This document shows positions 38,437 to 50,717 of a stretch of DNA of 64,000 nt, one piece after another. The stretch spans positions 246,452,001 through 246,516,000 of the forward strand of contig NC_086097.1 of the NCBI RefSeq assembly GCF_963921235.1, given 5' to 3'. The stretch is from Mobula hypostoma (lineage: Eukaryota). The notes under the pieces were generated by a model. That model did no database searches. It worked only from the letters and a program-made list of their open reading frames with translations, and was not told where the DNA came from. Made by a program: the position numbers and the translations under genes. The first letter of the stretch is position 1. Each line of letters begins with the position of its first letter.

Positions 38437-38895
38437 GGGGCAGCACTGTAGCATAGTGGTTAGCCTAGTGCTATCACCGTACCAGCGACCTGGGTTCAAA
38501 TCTGCCACTGCAAGGAGTTTGTATGTTCTCACCATGAACGTGTGGATTTCCTCTGGGTGCTCTGGCTCCCGCCGACAGTCCAAAGACATATGGACTAGTC
38601 GGTTAACGCAGCAGGCCAGGCAGCATCTCTAGGAAGAGGTACAGTCGACGTTTCAGGCCGAGACCCTTCATCAGGACCTGACGAAGGGTCTCGGCCTGAA
38701 ACGTCGACTGTACCTCTTTCTAGAGATGCTGCCTGGCCTGCTGCGTTCACCAGCAACTTTGAAGTGTGTTGCTTGAATTTCCAGCATCTGCAGAATTCCT
38801 GTTGTTTGGACTAGTCGGTTAATTGGTTACATTGGTGTAATTGGGCTAATTGGGCCAGATGAGTTTGTTATCATTCTGTACCTCTAAATAAGTAA
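38437..38895 (+). mobile_element. V-SINE interrupted by a palindromic Penelope-like insert
   Basis: TAGCATAGTGGTTAG A-box, GGGTTCAAATC B-box, V-domain; resumes after the TSD. Confidence 0.8.
38607..38806. mobile_element. 200-bp head-to-head Penelope-like pLTR insert with two hammerhead cores, 16-bp TSD
   Basis: TGGACTAGTCGGTTAA at 38591-38606 and 38807-38822; 71-bp arms 38605-38675 and 38677-38747 with 2 mismatches. Confidence 0.92.
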
Positions 38896-38951
38896 ATGAG
38901 ATAAAAATCCAGACTGTTCTGAACTCTACCATAACTAGCAATGGTTTAGAG

Positions 38952-39029
38952 CAGGGATCCTAACCTGGGGTCCACAGACTCCTTGGTTAATGGTAAGGTT
39001 TATGACATAAAAAAAAATGGGAACCCCTG
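38952..39029. mobile_element. 78-bp hAT (Charlie-like) MITE with 8-bp TSD
   Basis: CAGGG...CCCTG termini; GTTTAGAG at 38944-38951 and 39030-39037. Confidence 0.8.
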
Positions 39030-39054
39030 GTTTAGAGACTCTGGGTTTCCATAT

Positions 39055-40365
39055 GACCAAGGAGCAAAATTAGGCCATTCAGCCCATTGAGTCTGCTCCG
39101 CAATTCCATCATGGCTGATTTATTATTCCTCTCAACACCATCCTCCCGCCTTCTCCCTGTAACCTTACTAATCAAGAACCTGTCAATAAATAAATAAATA
39201 AAATCTCTAAATAAATAAACCTATCAACCTCCACTTTAAATACACCCAATGACTTGGCCTCCACAGGTTCACCACCATCTAGCTAAACATGGTGGTAAAA
39301 CAAAGGGATCTGGGAATACAGGTACATAATTCATTGAAAGTGGTGTCACGTGTTCATAGGATCATAAAGAAAGCTTTTAGCACCTTGGTCTTCATAAATC
39401 AATGTATTGAGTATAGAAAATGGCATGTTATGTTGAAGTTGTACAAGGCGTTGGTGAATCCTAATTTGGAGTATCGTGTATAGTTTTGGTCAAGCCCCTA
39501 CAGGAAAGATGTAAAGAAGGCTGAAAGAGTGCAAAGAAAATTTACAAGGATGTTGCTGGGTCTGGAGGACCTGAGTTATAAGAAAAGATTCAATAGGTTA
39601 GGACTGTATTCTTTATAAAGAAGAATATTGAGGAGAGATTATGATAGAGGAATACAAAACTATAAGGGGTATAGATAGGGTAAATGCAGGCAAGCTTTTT
39701 CCATTGAAGTCATCAGAGGTCATGGATTAAGCGTAAAAGGTAAAAAGTTCACGGGGAACATGAGGGGAAAATTTTTCACTCAGAGGGTTATGAGAGAGTG
39801 GAATGAGGTGCCAGCACAAGTGGTGCATGAAAGCTCTAATTCAATGTTTAAGAGAAGTTTGGATAGGCACCTAGATGGTAGGGATATGGACCACTATGGT
39901 CCCGGTGCAGGTCAATGGGAGTAGACAGTTTACGTGGTTTTGGCAGGGACTAAATGGGCCAAAGGGCCTGTTTATGTGCTGTACCACTCTATGATTTTAA
40001 AGAAATTCCTCCTCCTCACTGTTCTAAAGGGATTCTTTGCATTCTGAGGCTTTGCCCATTGGTCCTATACTCTCTCACCACAGAAAACAGCCTTTCTATG
40101 TCTACTTTATCTAGGACATTCAATATTTGACTGATTTCAATAAGATCCCATCCTCGTTCTTTAAAGCTCCAGCAAGTACAGGCCCAGAGCCCATTTGGTA
40201 ACATACCAATTCTTGTTGGTATGTAAACCTTGTTGTTCCCAGGATCATTATTGTGAACCTCCTCTGGACCCTCTTCAATGACAGCACATATCTTCTTAGA
40301 TAAGGGGTCCACAACTGCTCACAATACTCCAAGTGTGGTCCAGCCAGTGCTTATAAAGCCTCAGC
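39055..40365. mobile_element. CR1 on the minus strand (39055-39285 and 39998-40365) interrupted by a plus-strand CR1 (39288-39995)
   Basis: Collinear CR1 3' motifs; QRDLGIQVHNSLKV peptide in the insert. Confidence 0.8.
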
Positions 40366-41212
40366 AACAGCAGTTTCTTTAGCAGGGAACAGCAGAACTA
40401 GTGTAATGAGAATGAAGGATTTTCATCACTCCCCATAGTTCTTTATTCAAACGTTGGAAGGTAAGCAAGCCTCCTTTCCAATTTACCAGGAACCAGTTTT
40501 AGTACCAAGAGTGATCAAATCAATTACAAGGTATCATCATTTTCTTTCTTGGCCTGGCAACTGGCTAACTGCTGGAGACTGTTTACAAAATTATTCCCAT
40601 TCCTCAGCACCTGGAGTGAGATCCCTTAAACTTAATATGTTGATAAGCTGGTAAGGAAGAAGGTGCTTTTTATTTTGCCAGCTTACATTTTTAATAGAAA
40701 ACATCATCTTTCAAATTGAATCAAAGCTCCACAAATGAAACAACCCATGTCGACCAGATTTATGGCATGTTGGACTGGCAATTAAAACCATCCCACAGCA
40801 AAAATCTGAAGGGGTCTTTAGTGATTATTAACCTGTAGCCTGTATACTGCTAAGCTAACAACCATTCGACATATGTGAAAGGTTTAAAACATCTTTTTTC
40901 TGTTCTATGATTGCTACACAACAGGATTCAATAGGGCACTTGAACAAGGCCCTACAATCTCATGCACACACAAAATCCTGGAGGAACTCAGGAGGTCATG
41001 CAGTATCTATGGAGGGAAATGCATAGTTGATGCTTTGAATCAAGACCCTTCACCAGGACCGGCAATCTCATGGCTAAAATTCATGTTTTGAGCCTTTAAA
41101 TCTGGGGCAACTCTCCTCAACTTACCAGTAGCTTTTGATCTGTAATGTTCATCCAAGAGGGCATGCTGGCCTCTAATTCAATGACATGACATTGCTTGCC
41201 TGGATTTCAGAC

Positions 41213-41650
41213 CATAAGACAGAGGTGAAGACTTAGGTTATTTGGCCCATTGAAACCGATCTGCCACTCCATCATGGCTGACCTATTCTCCCCTCAACTT
41301 CATTCTCCCGCCTTCTCCCCTTAACCTTTGACACCCTTACTCATAAAGAACCCATCAACCTCCATTTTAAATATACAGTACGCAACGACTTGGCCTCCAC
41401 AGCCGGCTGTGGCATGAATTCCACAGATTCGCCACCATTTAGCTAATGAAATTCCTCTTCGTCTCTGCTCTAAATGGATACTCCTCTATTCTGAGGCTGT
41501 GCAATCAGGTCCTAGACTCTCCCACTATTGGAAACATCCTCTCCACGTCCATTTAACCTAAGCTTTTTAGTATTTGGTAGGTTTCAGTGAGACTCCCCCC
41601 TCATTCTTCTAAACTCCAAAGAGTACAGCCCAGGGCCATCAAACTCTCAA
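41213..41650 (-). mobile_element. CR1 3' fragment
   Basis: Homologous to the other CR1 3' ends. Confidence 0.8.
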
Positions 41651-41856
41651 GTTTCAATAGACTCTTGTGTTCAAGTGTCTGGAACTCAGCTGAAACCCAC
41701 AACCTACAAACTCAGGAATATAAGTGCGATCACTGTGGCATGGCTCAAACCTAAGATTAGCTCAAAGCAACTGGAAGGAAATCCGCGTTCAATTACAATT
41801 TTTTTTAAAATAAGGAATTCCCAGTGGATTTAAAAACTCTGGAATCAATAAAGAAA

Positions 41857-42051
41857 TAACTTGAAGTTGCCATGGGTGAGCTGCTAGGATGAACTAAATC
41901 TTATTTTGTGACAGTCTAGTGCATCCTACACTGCGCTTTCAAATTCATTGTGCATTGCAATGAGTTTAAAAGCGCAATGAAGGAGGTACTAGATTGTCAA
42001 AAAATAAGATTTAGTTCATCCTAGCAGCTCATCCATGGCAACTTCAAGTTA
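41857..42051. repeat. Long inverted repeat, 94-bp arms, 7-nt spacer
   Basis: 41857-41950 against the reverse complement of 41958-42051: 9 mismatches, no gaps. Confidence 0.95.
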
Positions 42052-42371
42052 CTTTTAAACTCATTACGATGCACAAACATAGAGAAATCTTTAGATTGTC
42101 AAGGCATTGTCTGGTAATGCCAATAGTGTTACAACAAGTACTTCATTCCATATTATCATAAGAACTTCTGCAGAAAACAACAAAATGTCATCACTGGACT
42201 TTATACTTCGTAAACACATTCTTTCTTCTAGTGTTGAACTAGTTCTCAATTTAATCAAAAACAAACTACTACAAAGGCAGCCTCTCTTGAACTAACTAAG
42301 CAAACCCCTCAGCCTAAAGAAATTCCTCACCTCTCTTCTAAATGGACATCCTTCTATTCTGAAGTTGCCCA

Positions 42372-44020
42372 AGAGGATAATTAGAGAGAGGGTCAGACTA
42401 CTCAAGGATAAAGGGGGAAACATTTGCTTGGATGCAGAGGATGTCCTTATTGAGTACTTTACATCAGTATTTACTAAGGAGAAGGATAGGGAGATATGTA
42501 CTGAGCATGTTGATATGATAGGGCATTTCAAGGTAAAGGAAGAGATAGCACTGGGTCTCTTAAAGAGAATGAAGGTGGATAAGTCCCCAGGACTGATGGA
42601 ATATACCCTAAGTTATTGACAGAGGCAAGACAAGAAATTGCTGGGACCTTGACCAATATCTTCACATATTCTCTAGCCACAGACGAGGTCCGCCGACTGG
42701 TGAGTAGCTAATGTTGTTCTATTATTCAAGCAGGGAACCAGAGAGAATCCTGGAAACTATAGACCAGTGAGTCTAACATCATTGGTAAGGAAGCTACTGG
42801 AATGAATTCTTAGGGATAGAATTTATGAGCACTTGGAAAACCATGGCCTAATTAGGGAGAGTCAGCATGGGTATGTTAAGGGCAAGTCATGCCTTAACGA
42901 ATTTTATTGAGTTTATTGACGAGGTGACTACGGTGATTGATGAAGGCAGAGTTGTGGATGTTGTCTACATAGATTTTAGTAAGACATTTGACAAGGTCCG
43001 TTCAGGGAGGCTCATCCTGAAGATTATGATGAATCCGCTACAGTATTTGGACTCAGAACTGGCTTGCCTATAGAAGACAGAGGGTAGCAGTGAAATGAAG
43101 GTCTGTGATTAGTGTGTTCCACAAGGATCTGTGCTGTTTGTGATGTATATAAATGAAAATGTAGATGGGTGTAAGTTTGCAGATGGTGCAAAAATTGGTG
43201 GTGCTGTGGATCGCATAGAAGACTGGCAAAGAATACAGTGGGAATTAAATCAGTTGCAGGTATAGGCTTAGAAATGGCAGATGGAGTTTAACCAGTTAGT
43301 GTTGTAGCTTGATAGGTCAAACGTAAGGAGACATTGTTAAGGGCAAGATCCTTAACAACATTGATAAGCAGAGGGATCTTGGGGACCAAGTTCATAACTC
43401 CCTGAAAGAGGCTAGACAGGTTGATAGGATGGTTAAGAAGACATATGTCATGCTTGCCTTTATTAGTTGTGGCATTGAGTTCAAAAGTCAGGAGGTTATG
43501 TTGCACCTTATAAATCTCTAGTTAGGCTCCATCTGATGTATTAGTTCTGGTTACTCCACTATAGGAAGGATGTCGATTCTTTGGAGAGGATGCAGAAGAG
43601 GTTTATCAGGATGGTGCCTGGATAAGAGGTCAAGTGCTGTAACAAGATGTTGGACAAAAGTGGGTTGTTTTCTCTGGAGCAGTGGAGATGGAGGGAAGAT
43701 CTAATAGAGGTTTATAAGATTATGAGAAGTATAGATAGAGTAGACAGACAATTTTTTTCCAACTTCAAAGGGGATGTGAGGGGCAAGTTTTTTACATAGA
43801 GAGTGGAGACTGTGTGGAATGCACTGCCTGGGTGGTGGTAGAGGTAGATACATTAGACACATTTAGATAGGCACATGAATGTGAGGAAAATGGAAGGATA
43901 TGGACATTGTGCAGGCAGACAGGATTAGCTTAGCTGGTCCCTTGATTATCAATGTAATTGGTTTGGCACAATATAGTGGGCTGAAGGGTCGTTCCTGTGC
44001 TGTACTGGTCAATGTTCTAT
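42372..44020 (+). mobile_element. Degenerate CR1 ORF2 plus 3' UTR
   Basis: YFTSVFTKE, KVDKSPG, VYIDFSKTFDKV. Confidence 0.88.
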
Positions 44021-44267
44021 GTAACCCTAATCACTACAGTTTAGCAACACTTTGTACTAGAGTGGATTTTCTTTGTTCTAAGTGTGTCTTCTTGTAAAAA
44101 TTGTCTATAATTTATGGTTAATCTATGTTTTCTTGTGAATGCAGCTTATGTGATGTTCAGTGCTTCTGAAGCTGCTGCAAGTCAGTTTTTATCATTGCAC
44201 CTGTACCTACATGTAACTCTGCATATGACAATAACCTCAACTATGTAATGGTTTGCATTTTTATTTA

Positions 44268-44472
44268 CAGATACTGCATGGTAACAGGCCACTCTGGCCC
44301 AACAAGCCTGCATCCCCAATTAACTCTCTAACTTATATGCCTTTGGAATGTGGGAGGAAACCGGAGCACCCACGGACCGATCACGGGGAGAGCGTACAGA
44401 CACCCTACAGACAGCGGCAGAATTGAACTGGGTCGCTGGCTCTGTAATAGCATTATACTAACTGCTGCGTTA
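44268..44472 (-). mobile_element. V-SINE
   Basis: Plus-strand TGTGGGAGGAAACCGGAGCACCC is the reverse V-domain. Similar copies at about 29010-29180, 46730-46938, 48160-48430 and 51950-52217. Confidence 0.75.
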
Positions 44473-44509
44473 CCTCAAACATTCAAAGTTACTTTAAGAC
44501 CAAGTTCAA

Positions 44510-45245
44510 CATAGCCCAGTCCGTCACAGGCAAGATCCTCCCCATCACTGAGCCGATTTACAAGAAGCGATGCCACAAGAAAGCAGCATCCATCATCAAG
44601 GAGCCCATTATCCAGGCGATGCATTTTTCTCACTACTACCATCGAGCAGAACCTTAGGTGTCCACCACCAGGTTCAGGAAGAACCTGCTACCCTTCAACC
44701 ATCAGACTCAAGTTCAAGTTTGATTGTCATTCAACCATGTATAAATACCCATGAATGCAGTCAAACAAAATAGCATTACTCCAGTGAGAAGGTGCAAAAC
44801 ACAGTACCAACACTCACACACAGCACAAGGCATATGTATAGCGCATATAAGACAGCAAGCACATATAAGGTATCAGTAAAGTACAAACACACAAAAAAGA
44901 TATAGGCCAAGAGCCCGCGTCCAGGAATGGTGCAGCAGGCTCCTGAACCAGCGTGGATAACTTCATTCACCTCAATGCTGAACTGGCTCCACAACCCATG
45001 GACTCACTTTCAAGAACTCTACAACTCATCTTCTTAGTATTATTTATTTACATTTTTATTATTTGCACAATTTGTCTTTTTTGCACATTGGCTGTTTGTC
45101 AGTCTTTGTTAAGTATAGTTTTCCATAAATTCTACTGTATTTCTGTATTTTTCTGTGGATGCCTGCAAGAAAATGAACCTCAAGGTAGTTTGTGGTGATC
45201 TATATATACTCAGATAAAAAATTTACTTTTAATTTTCTGACTTTG
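44510..45245. mobile_element. Rex1/Babar 3' fragments, nested in both orientations
   Basis: KKAASIIK-type motif and the shared 3' UTR. Confidence 0.6.
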
Positions 45246-45474
45246 AAGTTGGTATTCAAAATGTTGTCTTTTGGGTGGGATGTTAAATCAGAGCCCTATC
45301 TTCCCTTGGGATCTGAGTGTGCGAGGAAGCTATTCTAATTCCAGGGTAGTCATCTCTGCTTCTACACAACTCTTTCAGAGCTACAGTGAACTGTTAGCCA
45401 GTATTGTGCACTCAAGACCTAGAGTGAAATCCAAACCAACAACTTTCCGACCAGTAGACAAGATGTCTGCAGAT

Positions 45475-45912
45475 CATAAGATATAAGACATAGGAGCAGA
45501 ATCAGGCCATTCAGCCCATCGGGTCTGCTCCACCATTCAGTCATGGCTGATTTTTATCCCCCTCAACCCCATTCTCCTGCCTTCTCCCTGTAACCTTTAA
45601 CGCACTTACTAATCAAGCACCTACCAGCCTGTTTTAAATATAGCCAATAACAGCTAATGGTGACCATGAATTCCACAGATTTACTACCCTCAGGCTAAAG
45701 AAATTCCTCCTCATCTCTGTTCTAAAGCAACATCCTTCTTTTCTGAAGCTGTGCCCTCTGGTCCTAGATGCTCCCCTCAATTGGAAACTACCTCTCCACA
45801 CCTTTCAATATTTGGTAGGTTTCAATGAGATCCCCCTCCCCTCATTCTTCTAAACTCCAGCGAGTACAGACCCAGAGGCATCAAACTCTCCTCATATGTT
45901 AACCCTTTCAGA
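45475..45912 (-). mobile_element. CR1 3' fragment
   Basis: CR1 3' motif and TCTTATG tail. Confidence 0.8.
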
Positions 45913-47744
45913 ATCAAGTCAAGTTACATGTTAGACGGGAAAGACAGAGCTTATTTAATAGGTTGCATAACTGTTTTTGCCCTTCTATAAATCTTCATGC
46001 TGGACTTTATAATTCAGACAGCATGTTCATAGTCAAAGTCACGTTTATTGCTATATTTGCCCAGTACATGTACGCACAGGTGCAAAGAAAACCTTCCTTG
46101 CAGCAGCTTCACAGGACATAGCATCCTACAGTATCAGTGGCATTCACAAGAAAAACATAAACAAACATAAATTTTATTCAATTTTTATAGGAACACACAA
46201 TTACAACAGGACACAAAGGCCACTTCAGTGTAATGTGTTCATAGTTTTACTAAACTGTGGTTAGTAGAATTTTGCCAGTTCATTCAAGAACTGAAGGGAA
46301 GTAGCTGTTCTCCAAACTGGTTGTGTGGGACTTCAGGATTCTGCACATCCTTAAAATGGAGGGTTATGTAGGACATATGGGCCAGATTGGTCCCAGAGCA
46401 GTTTAAAACACAACATCATGGGCAGAACGGCCTGTACTATGCTGTAACGTTGTGTTCTATGCGCAATAGTAGTTGTGAGAAGAAGGCCTGGCCCAGATGG
46501 TGGGAATTTTTGATGACTTGATTACCCACAATGCAATGTTCAGCTGTTCTTGAAATAAATAATATAACACAGCTGGCTGGCACGTTTATGGTGAGAAATA
46601 TTATATCAACTGGTTGTTTAAAAATTTTCATTTAATAAATACTGCAATGATGTTTCAAAGAAGCCAATTATTAAACATAAACTATGAATTTTTTTTCCTA
46701 GATTAAAAAAGGATTAGCTTTATTGGTCACGGGTACATCGAAACTCGTCATTTGCATCACACCAAATCAGCGAGGGTTGCGTCGGGGGCAGCCTGCAAGT
46801 GTCACCACGCTTCCGGCACTAACGTAGCATGTCCACAACTCACTAACCCTAACCCGTACATCTTTAGAATGTGGTCACAGGAAAAATGTACAAACTCCTT
46901 ACAGACAGTGGCAAAAACTGAACCCCGATCTTACGGCTAATGGGTGGACTACCGTGCCTAGTATTGTGGGACTTCAGGCTTCTGTACCTCCCACCTGACC
47001 GTAGGTGTGAAAAGATGCCCTGCCCCAGATGAATGCAAAGTCCAGGTGTGCTTGAGAATAAATGATATAGCACAGCTGGTTGGCAGATATATGGTGAGAA
47101 ATATTACGTCAACTGATTGATGTTAGTATAAAAATCTCTTTTACTAAATACTACAGTGATTTTTTTTATAAGGAAGCCAAATGTTTACACGAAACTGTGA
47201 AATAATCTCTTATGCTCTGTTGCAAATCAAATCATGATTCTGGAAAAACAGGAACTCTCCATAAACATGACTTTTTAAAAAAAAACAACCTCTAATAGGC
47301 TGCAAAACACATCAGAAAAGAAAGCCTGCAAAGCTGATCCTCTGAAATAAAAGCATCGGTTCTGCATAAACTCTGCAGGTCAGCAGACATGTGCAAAGTG
47401 GAAGATGTGTTACACATTCATCATGACTAAACTTGGCTAAACAAATTCACATTGAAGGTGCAAATGTTTGGAATTAATTCCAAGAGGGTGAAAGAGCTGA
47501 TGGATATAGTCATTGCAACAGCTTTTCGTGAGCTTTGGCATAGAATTAGTACTAGTATGCTCTTATTTTTTAATTCGGATTTTGAACAGATGGTTTGAAA
47601 GGATCATATGTTTTCATGAAAGTTAATGTCCTTCTCGTTTCAGCTGGGCTGGAGATACTGCTTCTATTTTAGGTATCAACAATATGGCCACATAGTGATT
47701 TCAAAAGGCCTTAACTGTCCGTCTGTCTGTGTCTAGGGTAGTGG

Positions 47745-48122
47745 GGTGGAGAAATATCACTAGCAAAGGAGATGTAAGGTGCTCCTTACCTCCACTAGCC
47801 TGCAGGTCACCCTTGGGCAAGGTGTAGCACCTGCTTGGTCCCTTCGATCAGGGTCACGTGAAGCCACAGGAGCAGGTGGTGGATGGTTGTATGAGCAGCT
47901 GGTGCATACCACATGTCCTGGTTACGTAACAACTAATGCCAGGCAGGCAATCTCTGAAGAGTACCAATAATGGCTGGCGCCACCCGTCTTGTCTTTACAA
48001 GAAAGACACTGCCCAGAAGAAAACAATGGCAAACCACTTCTGTAGAAAAATTTGCCAAGCACAGTCATGGTCATGGAAAGACCACAATCGCCCATGTCAT
48101 ACCACATGGCACATAACGAATG
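47745..48122 (+). mobile_element. Probable RTE/BovB-related SINE-like element; a second, interrupted copy lies on the minus strand at about 57725-58277
   Basis: AATGGCAAACCACTTCTGTAGAAAAATTTGCCAAG resembles the BovB-type motif as I recall it; two copies in the window. Confidence 0.5.
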
Positions 48123-48624
48123 AACAATCTATCTGTCCATCTATCTACCTAGAGATATAATGAGGAATAGGCCCTTCCAGCTGTTCGAGTTGCCCTGTTC
48201 ATCGATCACCAACCTAACCCTAGCCTAACCATTGGGCAATTTACAATGACCAATTACCCTCCCAACCTGTATGTCTGGGAGGACACCTGAGTACCCAGAG
48301 GAAACCCATGCATCAACGGGGAGGGTGTACAAGACTCCTTACAGAGGACGGCGGGATTGAAGTACAAGCTGATTGAAGTATTAAGAGCTGTAATAGCATT
48401 GCGCTAGCCAGTACGCTATGATGGCGCCCATGGTTTAGCCAGGATTCTTCTTTTCCATTCAGCTTTCTACCCTGTAAGCTACTGGTAAGCATGAATTCCA
48501 GAGCAATGTAATGTTATCTAAACGTTAGATCAGTATTAGAATCAGGTTTATTATCAAAAGGTTTGCTGTGTTGTGGCAGCAATACAGTGCAATACATAAA
48601 AAGTTACTATAAGACATATACTGT

Positions 48625-49842
48625 ATATAGGAGCAGAATTAGGCCACTTGCCCCATCGATTCTGCTCCATTTTCCCTCTCAGCCCCAATCTCCTGCTTTC
48701 TCCCCACATTCCTTCCCGCCCTGATTAATCAGATCTATCAATGACTTGTTCTCCACAGCCACCTGTGGCAACAAATCTCACAGATTCACCACTCTCTGGT
48801 TAAAGAAATTCCTCCTCATCTCTGTTTTGGGCTATGTCCTCTAGTCCTCAACATGCCTCCCCTCACTCAACATAGGAAACATTTATCTCCATGTCCACTC
48901 TATTGAGGCCTTTCAACATTTGATAAGCTTCAATGAGGTCACCCCTCATTCTTCTGAATTCCAGTGAATACAGGCCCACAGCCATCAAACGTTCCTCATT
49001 TGATAACCCTTTTACTCCTAGAATCATTACCATGAACCTCCTTTGAACCCTCTCCAATGCCAACACATCCTTTTTTAGTTGAGTGGCCCGAAACTGCTTA
49101 TAATCCTCCAAGTGAAGCCTCACCAGTGCTTTATAAAGTCTCCACATTACATACCTATTTATATATTCAAATCTTCTCAAAATAAATGCTAACATTGCAT
49201 TTATCTTCCTCAACACTGACTCAACCTTTAGGGAATCCTGCACAAGGACATCCAAGTCCCTTTGCATCTCAGATATTTGAACTTTCTCTCCATTTAGAAA
49301 ATAATCTATGCTTTCATTTCTTCTCTCAAAGTAGCCATACACTTCCTGACACCATATTCCATCTGCCACTTCTTTGCCCATTCTCCCCATCTGTTTAAGT
49401 CCTTCTGTATCCTCAAAACTACTTTCCCCTCCACCTATCTTCATATTCTCAGAAACCTTGGCCACAAAGTCATCAATTCTGCCATCCAAATTATTGAAAT
49501 ATAATGTAAAAAGAAACGGCCCCAACACAGAACCCTGTGGAACACCACCAGTCACTGACAGCCAGCCAAAAATGGCTCCCTTAATTCCCACTCTTTACCT
49601 CCTGCCAATCAGCCAATGCTCTATACATACTAGAATACGTCCTGGAACACCATGGGTTTTTAACTTGTTAAATGACCTCATGTGTGGCACATTGTCAAAG
49701 GCCTTTTCAAAATCCAAATACACAACATCAACTGATCTCCTTTGTCTATCCCACTTGTTATTTCTTCAAGAATTCAACAGATTTGTCAGGCAGATTTACC
49801 CTTAAATAAACCATGCTGTCTATAGCCTATTTTATCATGTGC
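48625..49842 (-). mobile_element. Degenerate CR1 RT plus 3' end
   Basis: ORF 48863-49591: GVPQGSVLGP..LYSLEFRRMRGDLIE. Confidence 0.9.
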
Positions 49843-49902
49843 AATAACAAATATATAAAAAATAAATAAATAGTGCAAAAAGAGAGCAAATAGTGAAGTA
49901 GT

Positions 49903-50476
49903 GTAGGCACTGGTGAGACCTCACTTGGAGTACTGTGGGCAGTTTTGGGCTCCTTATTTAAGAAAGGATGTGCTGACATTGGAGAGGGTTCAGAGAAGAT
50001 TCACTAGAATGATTCTGGGAATGAAAGGGTTAACATATGAGGAACGTTTGACTGCTCTTGGAGTGTACTCCTTGGAGTTTAGAAGAATGAGGGGGAACCT
50101 CATAGAAACATTTCAAATGTTGAAAGGCATGGACAGAGTGGATGTGGCAAAGTTGTTTCCCATGATGGGGGAGTCTACTACGAGAGGGCATGACTTAAGG
50201 ATTGAATGGCGCCCATTCAGAACAGAGATGTGAAGAAATTTTTTTTGCCAGAGGGTGGTGAATCTGTGGAATTTGTTGCCACGGGCGGCAGTGGAGGTCA
50301 AGTCATTGGGTGTATTTAAGGCAGAGATTGATAGGTATCTGAGTAGCCAGGGCATCAAAGGTTATGGTGAGAAGGCGGGGGAGTGAGACTAAGTGGAAGA
50401 ATGGATCAGCTCATGATAAAATGGCGGAACAGACTCGACGGGCCGAATGGCCGACTTCTGCTCCTTTGTCTTATGT
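49903..50476 (+). mobile_element. CR1 3' fragment
   Basis: RPHLEYCGQFWAPYLRKD; 3' motif. Confidence 0.9.
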
Positions 50477-50477
50477 T

Positions 50478-50700
50478 CATTCTCTGTTCAGAATGCTGAT
50501 GGCAGAGCAAGAGAAGCTGTAGATTAAACATTGAGTGTGGGTCTTCAGGCTCCTGTACCTCCTCTCTGATGGTAGCAATAAGAAGAGGGCATGTCCTGGA
50601 TGCTGAGGTTCCTTAATGACGACTGCCGCCTTCTTGGGGCATCGCCATTTGAAGATGTCCAAGATGACGTGGAGGCTCGTGTGCATGATAGAGCTGTCCA
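50478..50700 (-). mobile_element. Rex1/Babar 3' fragment
   Basis: HPGHALFLLLPSERRYRSLKTH. Confidence 0.8.
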
Positions 50701-50717
50701 AGTGATTATGTCGGCTG

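Noticed and set aside
40421..40466. Possible 22-nt plus-strand exon (..ccccatag/TTCTTTATTCAAACGTTGGAAG/gtaagc)
   Set aside because: Splice-like signals only, with no recognisable protein; needs RNA-seq
47625..47678. Possible short plus-strand exon (..ttctcgtttcag/CTGGGC..TTTAG/gtatc)
   Set aside because: Weak donor site and no supporting homology
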